Origin: the human T2T-CHM13v2.0 reference genome, Homo sapiens | Direction: 5' to 3' (one strand) | Length of the DNA stretch: 64,000 nucleotides | Assembly: GCF_009914755.1 (NCBI RefSeq) | Contig: NC_060926.1 | Shown here: positions 42,029 to 56,320 of the stretch, piece by piece | Layout of the letters: each line of letters starts with the position of its first letter | Numbering within the stretch: position 1 is the stretch's first letter | The notes under the pieces: model-generated | Told to the model about the DNA's origin: nothing | Database searches by the model: none | What the model saw: the letters and a program-made list of their open reading frames with translations, nothing else | Translations under genes and position numbers: made by a program

Positions 42029-44242
42029 CATGTGCCTAGATTTTCAAAAGCATGTTTGAAAATTATAACAAGATCCAGACGCAGTCAATAATTTATACAA
42101 CTAAAGCCTGTAGTTGAGATATAGTATCCTGCTTGGGCTAAAACATGGAAACATTTTTCATGAATTTGCTCATTTTTATTCTCAACCCTTGCTTGCTGTT
42201 CTGCCAAAAATGCCCACCTCCTTGCCTTATCTCCTGTTTAGCCCATTTCTAGAGGACAAGGGTTTTGTCCCTACCACTATTCTCTTCTCCCAGCTTCCCC
42301 ACATTGTTCTGGCACATAATTGAAATTTAACAAGTATTTACTCCTTACTGTGGTGGTATGGGGCCATTTCAAACGGACCACCCCTTGTTAGTAAACTTCA
42401 AAACTTCACAAAGGCACAAACTTGTAGTGGGAAAGTGCAGTCTTTTGAACATCTGGAATAAATGCCAAGACTCTGTGCTGAACATTCTTCCCTAGAGATT
42501 TCAAATTTGTATTTGGGTTTGTATGTGTGTGGTGGTAGCTATTGTTCTCGAAAAACCAATGTCTGGTGCTTTTTCTCTGGATTTTAGACTCATAACCTTA
42601 AACTAACTTTAACCCATTAACTGTTGACCTCTATTCTTTTTTTTGAACTTTGTTCCCTTTTATGCTTTCCTCACCCTGTGTCATTTAGAACCTCAAATTC
42701 CAGGTCTCGGAGCAAACGTCAAAAGTCCTTGGAGGGAGAACTCCTCATCCCACTGATTTTGTTTAGCATAAATCTAGCCCTTTTCCCTCTGTGTTTTCGG
42801 TGGCTCAGTCATTATTAACCGCCATATGTAATCTCAAATGCTGCTTCTCTCTATATTCTTTCAGGTATCCAAGCCCAGTCTTTGGGGACCACTTGATCTT
42901 CTTTGGTTTTCTTTGACTCCTGAATTAGGTCATTGATTTTTTTAGTTTCCCCTCCAATTTTCTGTAAGAAGCCAAGCAGACATAAAGCCAAGCAGAGAAT
43001 CATAGCCACCAACCAAGAGGATAGAACCAGGGTCAGAGAGGGCTAAAGTTCCCAGATTGTTTCCTTTTCTATCACCCCATTTGTAAAGCATCCTTCTACT
43101 ATGTTGACTTCAAGCCCCATATTTCACTCAGCTTCCTCTAACAGAGTCACCTTAGCCCTCTTCTCTTCTCTTTCCCACACAGTCTTGAGGCCCTAGAAAG
43201 TCTTTCTTCAATCCATACAGACAAACAGCTCCACTTATTAGTTTGATTCAATGCCAAGTTACTTTTCTGAAACACTTTCAGTCTGCATTATAAACCAACA
43301 CTCCCACGAGAACTGGCCTGCTTCCTTCCCACACTGATAGTGTGAGGAGGGAAAAATCTCCACACATCAGAGACCAATCCCACCCAGGTCTGTGATTGGT
43401 TGAGAGACAATAGAGGGCGTGGTTCTGGGTCAGCTGTTCAGCTTCTCTATCCACCCTCTTTAAACTGCAGAAAGGAATAAATGGTCAAAAAGAAAATTAA
43501 GCAAATCAAACAAGATGAATTAAATGAGCTTGTCTTTCCACACGATAATCTGCATAGTGATGGGGAGCAGTTTCAAATCAAGATGGGAGCAGTAGCCAAA
43601 ACTATTAGTAGGTTGGGAAATGGGGTGCATCAGGGGTCAGATTTACAAAACAGTGCTCTTTAGCCAAACCTCTGAAATACTAAACAAAAACAACACTCAG
43701 ATACATTGAAAAGACCAACCCAAAGCATCTGGTTTCCTTAGCTGGTGCACATAGCAGAAGAAATGCTGGCAGAACATTTGATTACCATAAAAGAGAGGGC
43801 TATGCAGAAACCACATTAGAGTAAACTCAACCAAAACAAAGTCAAATGTTTGAACTGTTGTGAATAGATTATGGTGGAGACTTGGAAAAGGGTCTAGCCT
43901 GGATTAATGAGAAATGCAAATGAACTGGCTCAGAAGCAAACCAGCTTCCCCTGTGATGTGACCCTTTGCCTCTCAGATTTGGGGGTGAAGTAAATACCTG
44001 TCATCTTCAGAACTGCTGAGAGGCACATCACATCCACATGACGGGTGGCTGGACCAGGCATGTTAACCGTTTCCAGAGGAGTGATAAGTCAGCTTGATGC
44101 TGAAGTGTGTCTGCAGATCCCGCTTCACTGCCAACTCCACCTCTCTCTTCCTTTCAATGAAGAACTCCACGGAGCAGCTGGTTTTGATCATTTTGTCCAT
44201 GGCAAAGACTGTGAGAAACACATTTATTTTGGTAAAACACAG

Positions 44243-44345
44243 CATACATACATACATAAATATATATATATATATTTACACACACATATATATATATTTA
44301 CACACACACACACATATATATATTTACACATATATATTTGCACAC
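44243..44345 (+). repeat. Compound (TA)n/(CA)n microsatellite
   Basis: Read directly from the sequence. Confidence 0.9.
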
Positions 44346-45237
44346 GCTTTTTCTCTGGGTTGTATATATGTCTATTTATTGTCCGGGGTTGGCAATAAAC
44401 TTCAATCCATCTTCCAGAGTGTCCTCTTATGGGCTATCAACAAAACCTTTCCTAATTTGGGTTTTTGGCAGCTGAATCCAACCACCACTGGAAACCAAAC
44501 TGCTGGGCTTTAGAAAGCCGAGCCCATCCATCTGGACAGGCCTTTCTCAAAGGAACCCTGACCTCCCCTGGAGACCCTCCCCCTCTAAGCCCCTCTTAGC
44601 ATTATTGTGTTAAAAGAGGCTGTTGAGAAACCAATATTCGTTTGAGAATATGCAAGTGGTTCTCATCATGCTCTCCAAACCCTATCCGGAGTGGGAGCAC
44701 AGAAAGATTCAATAATTTATAGGCTTGGAGGTTCAGTGAATCAGGAAAATTCTCCCCAAACTAGTGCTAACAAAAAGAATAGGGGAGGGAGTATGAAATT
44801 AGGTTGACAGGATGACTGGGAGTGTTGGTTATGGTTCTGCCTTCCTGGTAGGGGAATGAGCGCTGAGTAATAACCTTGCTGATGGTGAGTTATTTTCATG
44901 AGGGCATTTTAAATGGCTGCTCTTTCTCCCCAGATAGCCAGATTACCTTATGCCAGGGAGCCACCCCACCCCCGCTGCTTCTGCTGCCCGGTGCCTGGAT
45001 TGAAAAATGTGAGGCAGCTGTGGGAGATGAGAGCCAGACGTCCTTCTATTTACTTATTTAACTAGTCTGCTGGCCTGGGTGCAGTCATGCAGTTTTCCAT
45101 TTACATAATGTGCTAATTGGATATCAGTACCTGCCCAGCCTTAGTCCATTCTTAGGGGCCTCTAGATGCAGGTCTCGACTCTTTCACTCAAAATATGCCC
45201 TGGGTGCAAAGCGTGGGCAGGTAAAACACTTGAGAAC

Positions 45238-45433
45238 AGTGTTCTTGATCTTTAGCATGCTTGAGAACCACTTGTGAACTTGGTAAAACACAAATTCTCA
45301 GGCCCACCCCAAAAGGTTCTGATTTAATATGTCTGGAATAAGGTCTGAGCATTTACATGTTTAACAAGAACTTGGCATTTCTAACAACAAAGCGATGCTG
45401 GCGTTGTTGGTCTGCAAATCACATAAGCCACTG
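45238..45433. mobile_element. MER5A-like DNA transposon
   Basis: aaattctcaggcccacccc..ttctgattt..gcatttctaacaa. Confidence 0.6.
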
Positions 45434-45483
45434 CCTTTGAAGGATGACCTAGCTACCAGAAAAGTTTAGTAATGTGTTCCTTA

Positions 45484-45795
45484 GGCCGGGTGCGGTGGCT
45501 CAAGCCTGTAATCCCAGCACTTTAGGAGGCCGAGGCGGGCAGATCACAAAGTCAGGAGATCGAGACCATCCTGGCTAACACAGTGAAACCCCGTCTCTAC
45601 TAAAAATACAAAAACAAAATTAGCCAGGCGTGGTGGCGGGTGCCTGTAGTCCCAACTACTCAGGAGGCTGAGGCAGAAGAATGGCGTGAACCTGGGAGGC
45701 GAAGCTTGCAGTGAGCTCGGAGATCGCACCACTGCACTCCAGCCTGGGTGACAGAGCGAGACTCCGTCTCAAAAAAAAAAAAAAGAAAGAAAGAA
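45484..45795 (+). mobile_element. AluY-like
   Basis: gtcaggagatcgagaccatcctggctaacac, TSD aatgtgttcctt. Confidence 0.95.
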
Positions 45796-48127
45796 ATGTG
45801 TTCCTTTATCTTCAATCAAGTCAACAAAGGATGTTAATTGGAAACTAATTTTCTCCAGGGAAGAAGAAAGAACTCTGGGGTCCTACAGGTGCAGGTGCTT
45901 ATCCCTCCCCTACTCCTTCCACTGCTGATCTAATCCTTTAGGGCTTTGCTTGAGTCCCTCTGGGGCCTCCACCAGCTCCTGCAACCTAAGGTAACATCTC
46001 CCTTATCTGAATTTCTGCTGCACTTCAACACACTGCCGCCTGCTTTTGTCCTTAATTATGCACTAATTGTTCCCTGCATGTGAATTTTGTCATAGATCTG
46101 AACTTATGTGCAATTGGACAAAGGCCCTCTCAACACTCACAGAACTAGGAGTAGGCACAGAATGCTCTTTAAAATACATTTCAAAAATCAAAGCAGAGCT
46201 AAAGGAGTGTGCCTCGGAATGTAAGAACAGGTAACAATGGAGAGCTGTGACCACAAAGGAGTCATCAGATCAATCCATCACCATGTCATTTTGGCTGAGG
46301 TTCTAAATTTTTTGTTTGAAGTGGCTGGCAGGAGATAAAGTGCAACTCTGCTGTGTAGAAGAGTAATTGACTTGTATTTTCTGGTATTTTCTCTATACAG
46401 AAATTAGTTCAAACTATTTCCAAGATGTTCAAAAATTGGATGTGGCTGCATGAAACAGGTTAAAAAGTTTGATATGGTAGGGACTGACTATGGAATGGCA
46501 ATGTGAGGAGTGTGGCAGACAGACCCTCTCCCCAGGTAAATACCATTTAAGTTCTGAAAATTATAAAAGGATAAGTAAAAGATAAGATGTATTTTCAAGC
46601 CCTAGAGCAACCATGAAGAAAATAGTTCAAATAATATGTAGTTCAAAAAATATGTAGTTTAAAAATCATTAAAGGCCTTAAAATTTTCTGCTAGAAAATA
46701 TTCACTTAATGAAAAAGAAGACAGCAAAGGAATAACAGAAGAACAAAAAAAGGAGACATACAAAAAAAGAAGTAAATTGGCAGACATAAATCCAACCACA
46801 CAATAGAAACACTAAATACGAATGGATTATACAATCCAATCAAAAGGCAGAGATTGCAGACTGAATAAGAAAACAAAACCCAAATATATTATGTCAACAA
46901 AAAATATATGCTAGATTCAAATATACAAATGGTTGAAAGTAAAAAAAAAAAAAATGAAAATAAATATACTATCCAAACAGCAATCATAAAAGAAATGAAG
47001 TTGCTATATTCATATCAGACAAAACAGACACTAAAATAAATAATGTCACTGGGGATTAAAAAAGACATTTCATAATGTTAAAAATTATCAACCCATCAGA
47101 AAAATATAATAATTATAAGCCTATATGCAACTAATAATAGAAACTGAAAACACATGAAGCAAACATTAACAGAATTGAAGGAAGAAAGATAATTCAATAA
47201 TAGTTGAAGACTTCAATACCTCAATTTCAATAATGAATACAGGAACTAGAGAGAAAATTGCCAAGCATATAGAAGATATCTAAAGAATATACCACCCAAC
47301 AACAGAAGAATACATGTCCTTCTCCAGCACACATGGAATATTCTCCAGGATAGACCATATACTAGGCCATAAATCAAACCTCAGTGAATTTAAGGGGGTT
47401 GAAATTATACAAATTGTTTTCCAGCCACAGTGGAATTAAATTAGAAGCCAATAACATCAGTAAATTTGGAAAATTTAAGAATATTTGGAAGTTAAATACA
47501 CACTCTTAAATAATCGATGGCTCAAAAAATAAATCATGTGAGAAATAAGGAAATACTTTGAAATGAATGAAAATTAAAACACAACATTCCAAAACGGGGG
47601 TTGCATCTACAGCAGTGCTTAGAGATGAGTTTACAGCTATGCATGTCTATGTTAAAAAAGAGGGCAGATCTCAAATCAATAACCTAGTCTTTCACATTAA
47701 AGAACTGGAAAGGAAGAGAAAACTAAACCCAAAGCAAGCAGAAGTCAGAAAATACTAAAGAATAGAGCAGAAATAGATGAAATAGAGAATAGAAAAAAAT
47801 CAACAAAACTAAATATTGGTTATTTGAAAGAGCACTACAATTGACAAGCCTTTAGATACCAAGAAAAAGGGAGAAGATTATAATTACTAAAATCAGGATT
47901 TAAAAAGAGGCATCACTACCGACCTTACAAAAATAAAAATAATTATAAATTAATGGTATGTTATACCTTATGTAATTGTGCCATAGTTCTTATATAGTCC
48001 ATTCTAATTTTTTCATTCATTTTTATCTTTGCTTTTTCAGTTTGGAAAGTTTCTATTGACATGTCTTCTAGCTCACTGATTCTTTTCTCAGCCGTGTCCA
48101 GTCTACTGATTAATGCACCAAAAGCAT

Positions 48128-48494
48128 TGTATTAGTCCATTTTCACACTGCTGATAGAGACATACCCAAGACTGGACAATTTACAAAAGAAAGAGGTTTA
48201 ATTGGACTCACAGTTCCATGTGGCTGAGGAGGCTTCTCAATCAAGGTGGAAGGCAAGGAGGAGCAAGTCACATCTTTTGTGGATGGCGGCAGGCAAAAAG
48301 AGAGCTTCTGCAGGCAAACTCTCGTTTTTAAAGCCATCAGATGTCATGAGACTTCTTCACGATCAAGAGAATAGCACAGGAAAGACCTGAGCCCATGATT
48401 CAATTATCTCCCACCAGGTCCCTCCCACAACACATGGGAATTATGGGAGCTACAAGATGAGATTTGGGTGAGGACACAGAGCCAAACCATATCA
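48128..48494 (-). mobile_element. THE1 solo LTR
   Basis: tgtattagtccattttcacactgctgat..gccaaaccatatca, TSD agcat/ggcat. Confidence 0.9.
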
Positions 48495-49993
48495 GGCATC
48501 ATTTCTTTTATGGTGTTTTTTCTTTCTAGCATTTTCTTTTGATTTGTTCTTAGGGTTTCTATCTCTTGTATATTGTCAACCTTTTCTATGAGAGCTATTG
48601 GCATATGAATGAGTTATTTTAATACCCAGTCTCATAAATTCAAAATATCTGCCATACCTAGGTTTGGTTCTGATGCTTAACTTTTTCTTTTCAGGCTGTG
48701 TTTTTGTCTTTTAGCATGCTTTATAATTTTTTTTGTTGAAAGCCAGACATGACATACTGGGTAAAAGGAACTGAGCACTAAACAGGCCTTTAGTGTGAGG
48801 TTTTCGTTTATGCTAGGAGCAAGGCTGTGTTTACTGTTTGCTATAACTGCAGGCGTCAAAGGATAAATTTCCTTTGTCTTTGATTCTGTCCCCCTATTAT
48901 CTTTGGATTTCTCTAAATACTACCTAGTAAATAGAGTCTGAGCTTACCATCCTTTTACCTATAATTCACTGTTATTGTACCAAAGCCTAATTGATGTAGT
49001 GTTAATTCAATATTATTTAACAATAAAACACTCAGCAAACAAGTAGTAGAATAAAGGGCATCTATGAAAAAACAAATTAACATCACATTTAATGATAAAA
49101 GATTGATTACTTTCCCTTTGAGACTAAGAACAAGACAAGGTTTTCCACTCTTACCATTACTATTCAATATTATACTGGAGTAGCCAGAGAAATTAGGTAA
49201 GAATAAGAAATATAAAGCATCCAGATTGGAAAGGAAGAAGTAAAACTCTCTCCATCCACAGATGACATGATCTCTTATTTAGAAAAAAACTAAAGAATTC
49301 ACACAAAAATGAGACTAATAAAGGAGTTCAGCAAAGTTGTAGGACATAAGGTCAATATATAAATATCAGTTGTAGTTCTATACAGTAACAATGAACAATC
49401 CAAAAATAAAATTAAGAAAACAATTTCATTTACATTAGCATCAAAAAATTGAAATACTTAGGAATAAAAAGGACAAGACTTATACACTGAAAACTACAAA
49501 ACATTGTTGAAAGAAAGTAAAGATGTAAACAAATGGAAAGACAGCTCATGTTTATAGATTGAAAGACTTAATAGTTTAAAATGGCAATACTCCCTAATTA
49601 ACCTATAGGCACAATGCAATCCCTAGCAAAATTTCAGCTGGCTTTTTTGGGGGATTGAGGGGAACTGACAAGCTGACTGTAAAATTCATATGGAAGTACA
49701 AGAGACATAATAGCCAAAACAATCTTGAAAAAGAAGAATAAATTTGGAGGACTCACACTTCAAATTTCAAACTTACTGTAAAGCTATAGCAATCAAGAAT
49801 ACAGTACTGGCACAAGGACATAGAAATCAATGGAATAGAATTGAAAGTTTAGAAATAAACCTTACTTGATGGTCAATTAATTTTCAACAAGGGTACCAAG
49901 ACAATAAAATGGGGATAGAACAGTCTTTTCAACAACAAACGGTACTAAGGACATCCACATACAAAAGAATGAATTTGGCCCCCTTTCTCAGAC

Positions 49994-50415
49994 TGCCTTG
50001 GTCCATTTGTGTTGCTCTAAAGGAATACCTCAGGCTGGGGAATTTATAAAGAGAAAAGGCTTATTTGGCTCACAGTTCTACAGACTATACAAGAAACATG
50101 GCACCAACATCTGCTTCTGGTGAGAGCCTCTGCTTCCACTGACAGCAGTAGGCAAAGGGGAGACAGCGTGTAGAAATTGCATGGCAAGAGCAGAGGCAAG
50201 GGAGAGAGGAGAGAGGTGACAGAGTTTTTTAAACAACGAGCTCTCACAGGAAATAATGAAGCAATAACTCATTACTTGAAGATGACTCCAAGCCATTCAT
50301 GAAAGATTTGCCCCCACGACCCAAACACCTCCAATTAAGCCCCACCTCCAACCTTGAGAATCAGAATCAGATTTCAACATGAGATTTGGAGAAGTCAAAT
50401 ATCCAAACCATAGCA
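49994..50415 (-). mobile_element. MSTB-like solo LTR
   Basis: catggcaccaacatctgcttctggtgag..atccaaaccatagca, TSD cagac/cacac. Confidence 0.8.
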
Positions 50416-50696
50416 CACACCACACATAAAAACTAACTCGAAAGTGGATCATAGATCTAAATGTAAGACTTAAAACTATAAAACTCTTGCAAGAAAACAC
50501 AGGAGTAAATATTCATACCCTTGGATTGAGCAATAGTTTTTCAGATATCACCTCAAAAGCACAGCAACAAAAGAAAAAATATACACACTGGAATTCATCC
50601 AAATTAAAAATATTTGTGCTATAAATGGTATCATCAAGAAAGTAAGAAGACAATCTGCAGAATGGGAGAAATATTTTCAAATTATGCACATGATAA

Positions 50697-51044
<348 letters not shown>

Positions 51045-51964
51045 CTTTAATTTAGTTTTTAACAAGGTTACATGAGCACATACTTTAAAAAGTCAAATAG
51101 TTCTACAAGACTTGTTGCCACAAATAGCAGTCCCTGCCCCCATTTTCCTTCCCCAGAGGCAACTAATTTTAATTCTTACCATTAATTTTTGTTAGTATTT
51201 GTGTCCATATCAGTACATAACATGCGTGTATGTCTAATTCCTGATTGGTCTGTTTTAGGTACTATCTACGAACTTCCCGCTGGGGAAGATGAGGATTTAG
51301 CACTCCTGCCAACTCCCTTTACCCCTAACACACACACATGGACTCCCCCTGCCCCACAGGTCCCTAAGACATGACATCACATTTTTCAGATAGATTAATA
51401 TTCTGTATTTATATCTATGACTAAATGCTATTTACAGATAAGCCACGTACTATCCTATGATTAGTTTTCCTTGCCTGCACACATTTTGTTTTGCCTGGAG
51501 TTATCTTATTTTGCTTTCTTGTTATCAATATTGTTGCCATTAATCCAATCCCAGGCTCCCCATCTCTCAATATGTTTGGATGCAATAGAGAGACTTTCGA
51601 GGTTACCTTATTGAGTGAAAAACTCCCATAGGTCCTCCTAACTCCTCCAGGTTGCCCTCAACTCCTTGGTTCTGGGTGCATGGCTGTCACCATGGTCCTG
51701 GCTAGTCCCTTCTCTTCCCTCCTTTATTGGGTCTTCTGTTAACTATCTCCCATGTCCTTGGTTTGCAACCTCAGTCTGGTGGAGCACATCTTCCAGTAGC
51801 TTCCTGAGAAAAAGTGCATGAGAAGTAAAATGATTGAAACTCTGCATGATTTAAAATGTCATTCACCCACTCCCAGGTTAAAAGAATATATAGACACATA
51901 ATGATTCCAGTAGCTGCAAACAAAGCATTTATAAAATTCAATACAAATTCAAAATTTAAAAAGA

Positions 51965-52835
51965 ATTTCTTACTGCAGAATTATTCACAATAGTCAAAAG
52001 GTAGAAACAACCCAAGTTGAATGGGTGAAGATGAATGAATAAATAAAATGTGGTATATACATATAATGGAATATTATTCAGCAATAAAAATGAGTGAAAT
52101 CTGGATACATGCTACAACATGGATGAACCTTGAAAACATTATGTTAGGTGAAAGAAGTCAGACACAAAAGGACAAATATGTGATTTCACTTATATGAAAT
52201 ATCTAGGCTGGGCACAGTGGCTGACACCTATAATCCCAGAACTTTCAGAGGCCAAGGGAGGAGAATCGTATGCATGCAGGGCTTTGAGATCAGTCTGGAC
52301 AACACAGTGAGACCCCGTTGGAGGGAGGGAGGGAGGGAAGGAAGGAAGGGAGGGAGGGAGGGAGGGAGGGAGGGGAAGGGAGGGAGGGAGGGAGAGAGAG
52401 AGGAAAAAAAGAAAAGGAAAGACAGGAAGAAAGGAAGGAAGGAGAGAGAGAGAAAGAAAGAAAAGAAAAAGAAGGAAAGAAAAGAAGAAAGAAAGAAAGA
52501 AAGAAAGAAAGAGAAAGGAAGGAAGGAAGGAAGGAAGGAAGGAAGGAAGGAAGGAAGAAAGAAAGAGAAAGAAAGAAGGAAGGTAGATCTAGAGTAGACA
52601 AGTTTATAAAGACAGAAAGTAGAATAGAGGTACCAGGGCCTCGGAGAAAAGGGGAACAGGATGTTCTTGCTTAATGGTTACAGAGTTTCTTTTTGGGGTG
52701 ATAAAAAAGCTTTGGAGATAGTGATTATGGTTGCATACATTGTGAAGGCAATTGATTAATGCCACTGAATTGTACACTTCAAAGTGGTTAATATAGCAAA
52801 TTTGTGTTATATATTTTTTACCACAATAAAAATTT
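51965..52835 (+). mobile_element. L1MB-type 3' end interrupted by a FLAM/Alu left monomer (52206-52319) with a long purine tail
   Basis: caacatggatgaaccttgaaaacattatg..., TSD-like atatctag/agatctag. Confidence 0.8.
52319..52583 (+). repeat. ~265-bp polypurine tract (GGGA, GAAA, and (GGAA)10 at 52517-52556)
   Basis: Read directly from the sequence. Confidence 0.95.
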
Positions 52836-52920
52836 TTCAGAAGAAAAAATTCTTTCCAAATTAAGAATAGAGGAAACTTCCTTAGTCTGAGAAAGAGTAC
52901 CTACAAAATAATAACTTTAA

Positions 52921-53215
52921 GGCCAGGTGTAGTGACTCATGCCTGTAATCCCAGCATTTTGGGAGGCCAAGGCAGGCGGATCACTTGAGGCCAGGAGTTC
53001 AAGACCAACATGGCCAACATGGCAAAACCCCATCTCTGCTAAAAATACCAGTATCAGTCGGGCGTGGTGGCACATGCCTACAGTCCCAGCTACTCAGGAG
53101 GCTGAGGCACGAGAATTGCTTGCACCAGGGAGGCAGAGGTTGCAGTGAGCCAAGATGGCACCACTGAACTCTATCTAGCCTTGTGACAGAGTGAGAATAT
53201 GTCTCAAAAAATAAA
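52921..53215 (+). mobile_element. AluS/J-like
   Basis: Diverged dimeric Alu. Confidence 0.9.
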
Positions 53216-53219
53216 AAGT

Positions 53220-54720
53220 AAATTTAGAACACCATTCTAAATGGGAAAACATTAGGATACTTTCCTTAAAAGTCAAAAATAAGGTAAGATGGCCTAGTCT
53301 TATCATTTCTATTCAGTGCGATATTGACAGCCCCAGCCAGCACAAAAGCAGAAGAAAAAGAAAGAAGGGATGAAAAGAAAGAAATAAAAGTCATTATTTT
53401 CAAACAAAATAACTGTTTTCACCAAAAAACAAAAAGAATGTATGAGCAAATTGTTAGAAATAATAAGAAAGCTTAGCAAAAGGCAATTGCATTTCTGTAC
53501 TCTTGGAATAAACAACCAGAAAATGTAACTAAAGAGAAGACAACACTTACAGTAGTTTCAAAGGATACCAAGAATCTAGAAATAAATATAAAAATACACT
53601 GGAGCCCTCTATAGGGAGAATTATAACACTTTATTAATAGCCAGTTAGATGACCCAAATACATTGAAGAGTATACCACATTGTGAATAAGATGATCACAT
53701 AGTACTGTTCATCTCCGCAATTCAATAAAGCTCCAATCAAAATGCTAACATGTGTTTTTGAGGAACTTGATAAGCTGATTCTAAATTTACATGAAATAAT
53801 AAAAAGAAAAAAAAAAAACAGGCAGAACTTTTGTCAAAAAGATGAGCGTGGAGGAAAGACTTGCCCCACCTAATAACATGCTTTTTTATTTCTGAAACTA
53901 CAGTAATTAAGACACGATGGTATTGGCACAGGGACAGACAAACAGACCACAGAATAGAATAAAGCACTCAGAAATAGACAACCACATGCATGAAACTCTA
54001 GTATATATAACAGAGGCCTGCCAGACCGGTGGGAAAATAAATTGAGCTGGATAAAAAAGGTTATGCCTACAGAAAAACATGAAATTAGATCCCTACATCA
54101 TACCATATACCAAAATTCATTCCAGATGGATTGAGTGCTTAACTATAAAAAAAAAACAACTTTAAAACTCTTAGTAAAACTCTTTTAGACTTTGAGATAG
54201 AGTAGAATTTCATAAACAATACTCAAAAAGTGTTAACTATTTTAAAAAATTGATAAATTTGACCATACTAAAATTAAGAACCCCTATTTGTCAAAAGAAA
54301 GTGAAAAACAAGCTACAGATGACAAGAAGATAAAGGCAAAATATATCATTATTCTCAGACAACAGGCATAACTAGGACTGTCCTACCCACCCTCTGGCCA
54401 GCAGTTCTACTCCTGGTGTAACTTTATGAGAGACTTTTGCCCATGAACACCTGGAGCCATCTACAAGAAAAGTGTGTTCATATGAACACTGTTCACAATA
54501 GCAAGGCCTGGAAACAACCCAGATTCCCTTCAACAAGAGAGTGGATGAATAAATTGTGGTATATTCACACAATGGAACATAATAGAGCAGTCAACAGGAA
54601 TGAGCTATAGCTGTACACCACAGTATATAGAAATTCTAAAAATATAATGTTTTTAAAAAGTAAGTCCTGAATGAACCCATACAGCATAACATGCTTTTTA
54701 TAAAATTAAATAACTTTTTT
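53220..54720 (+). mobile_element. Old L1 (L1ME-like) ORF2/3' relic
   Basis: ggaacttgataagctgattctaaatttacatg, gtggatgaataaattgtggtatattcacacaatggaa. Confidence 0.75.
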
Positions 54721-54736
54721 TAAAAAACTAGCTTTG

Positions 54737-55178
<442 letters not shown>

Positions 55179-55186
55179 TATATCTA

Positions 55187-55506
<320 letters not shown>

Positions 55507-55615
55507 TCTGTATCTAATTTTCCTATTATTCTATCTCATTCCTAGGGTTCTATGATCACACTCTGACTGATACAAGATGAAACAATCTACAAAGGAAGTA
55601 AAGGAATGCCGAATA

Positions 55616-56010
55616 CAATATCCCTACCTCCTTCACGGTTTTACTTACTACAGTACTGTGGTCAACTGCAATTCGAATATATTACACAGAAAATTCCAGA
55701 AATAAACTATTCATAATGTTTAAATTGCATGCTGTTCTCAGTAATGTGATGAAATCTGCTGTCCTACTCTGTCCTTCCTGGGATGTGAATTCTTCATTTG
55801 TCCAGCGGGTCCACGCTGTCTATGCTCCCCACCTGCCAGTCACTCAGGACTCATCTTGGTTATTGGATAGACTGTCATGGTACAGCAGTGTTTGTGTTCC
55901 AGTAACCCTTATTTTACTTAGTAATGGCCCCAAAGTGCAAGAGAAGCAATGCTGGCATGTTGTTATAAGTGTTCTATTTTATTATTAGTGATTGCTGTTA
56001 ATTTCTTACT
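55616..56010. mobile_element. MER44 (Tigger-family) DNA transposon, truncated
   Basis: gaaaattccagaaataaac..taacccttattttactta..tggccccaaagtgcaagag. Confidence 0.8.
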
Positions 56011-56320
56011 ATTGGAGACCCAGTATACCTGGAGATTCCATACACCTGGATACCTGGTTATACCTGGTACACCTGGAGATTGCTGCCATTGATCTGGATC
56101 TTTAAGAATGTAAAGCTCTCTTTTTACTTCAGTTTCTTCATCTATACAATGAAAGATAGTAAAAGATTATTTCCAAGTTTTCACTTCATGATAAGATTCT
56201 ATGATTCAATTTAAGCCAAACTGGTGGTCAAACAAGAGAAAGCCCATAAAATTCATTCCTACAACCTAACTTCCAAGTACCAGTCTGTGCCAGTTTTGCA
56301 GCCTTCTGTAAATAGTAAGA

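Noticed and set aside
43407-43420. Second CTCF-like motif ACAATAGAGGGCGT
   Set aside because: It mismatches the conserved 5' CC and position 4, and is better read as part of an SP/KLF GC-box.
44063-44257. Minus-strand 64-aa ORF with an acceptor-like tctcacAG at 44209-44210
   Set aside because: It looks protein-like but matches nothing I recognise, starts in a microsatellite and has no good donor.
52217-52674. Long K/E/R/G-rich ORFs
   Set aside because: An artefact of a purine-only simple repeat that cannot contain stop codons.
56013-56082. CRISPR-like repeat-spacer array
   Set aside because: The repeats are 6 nt with 2-11-nt gaps in a mammalian genome, and there are no cas genes.
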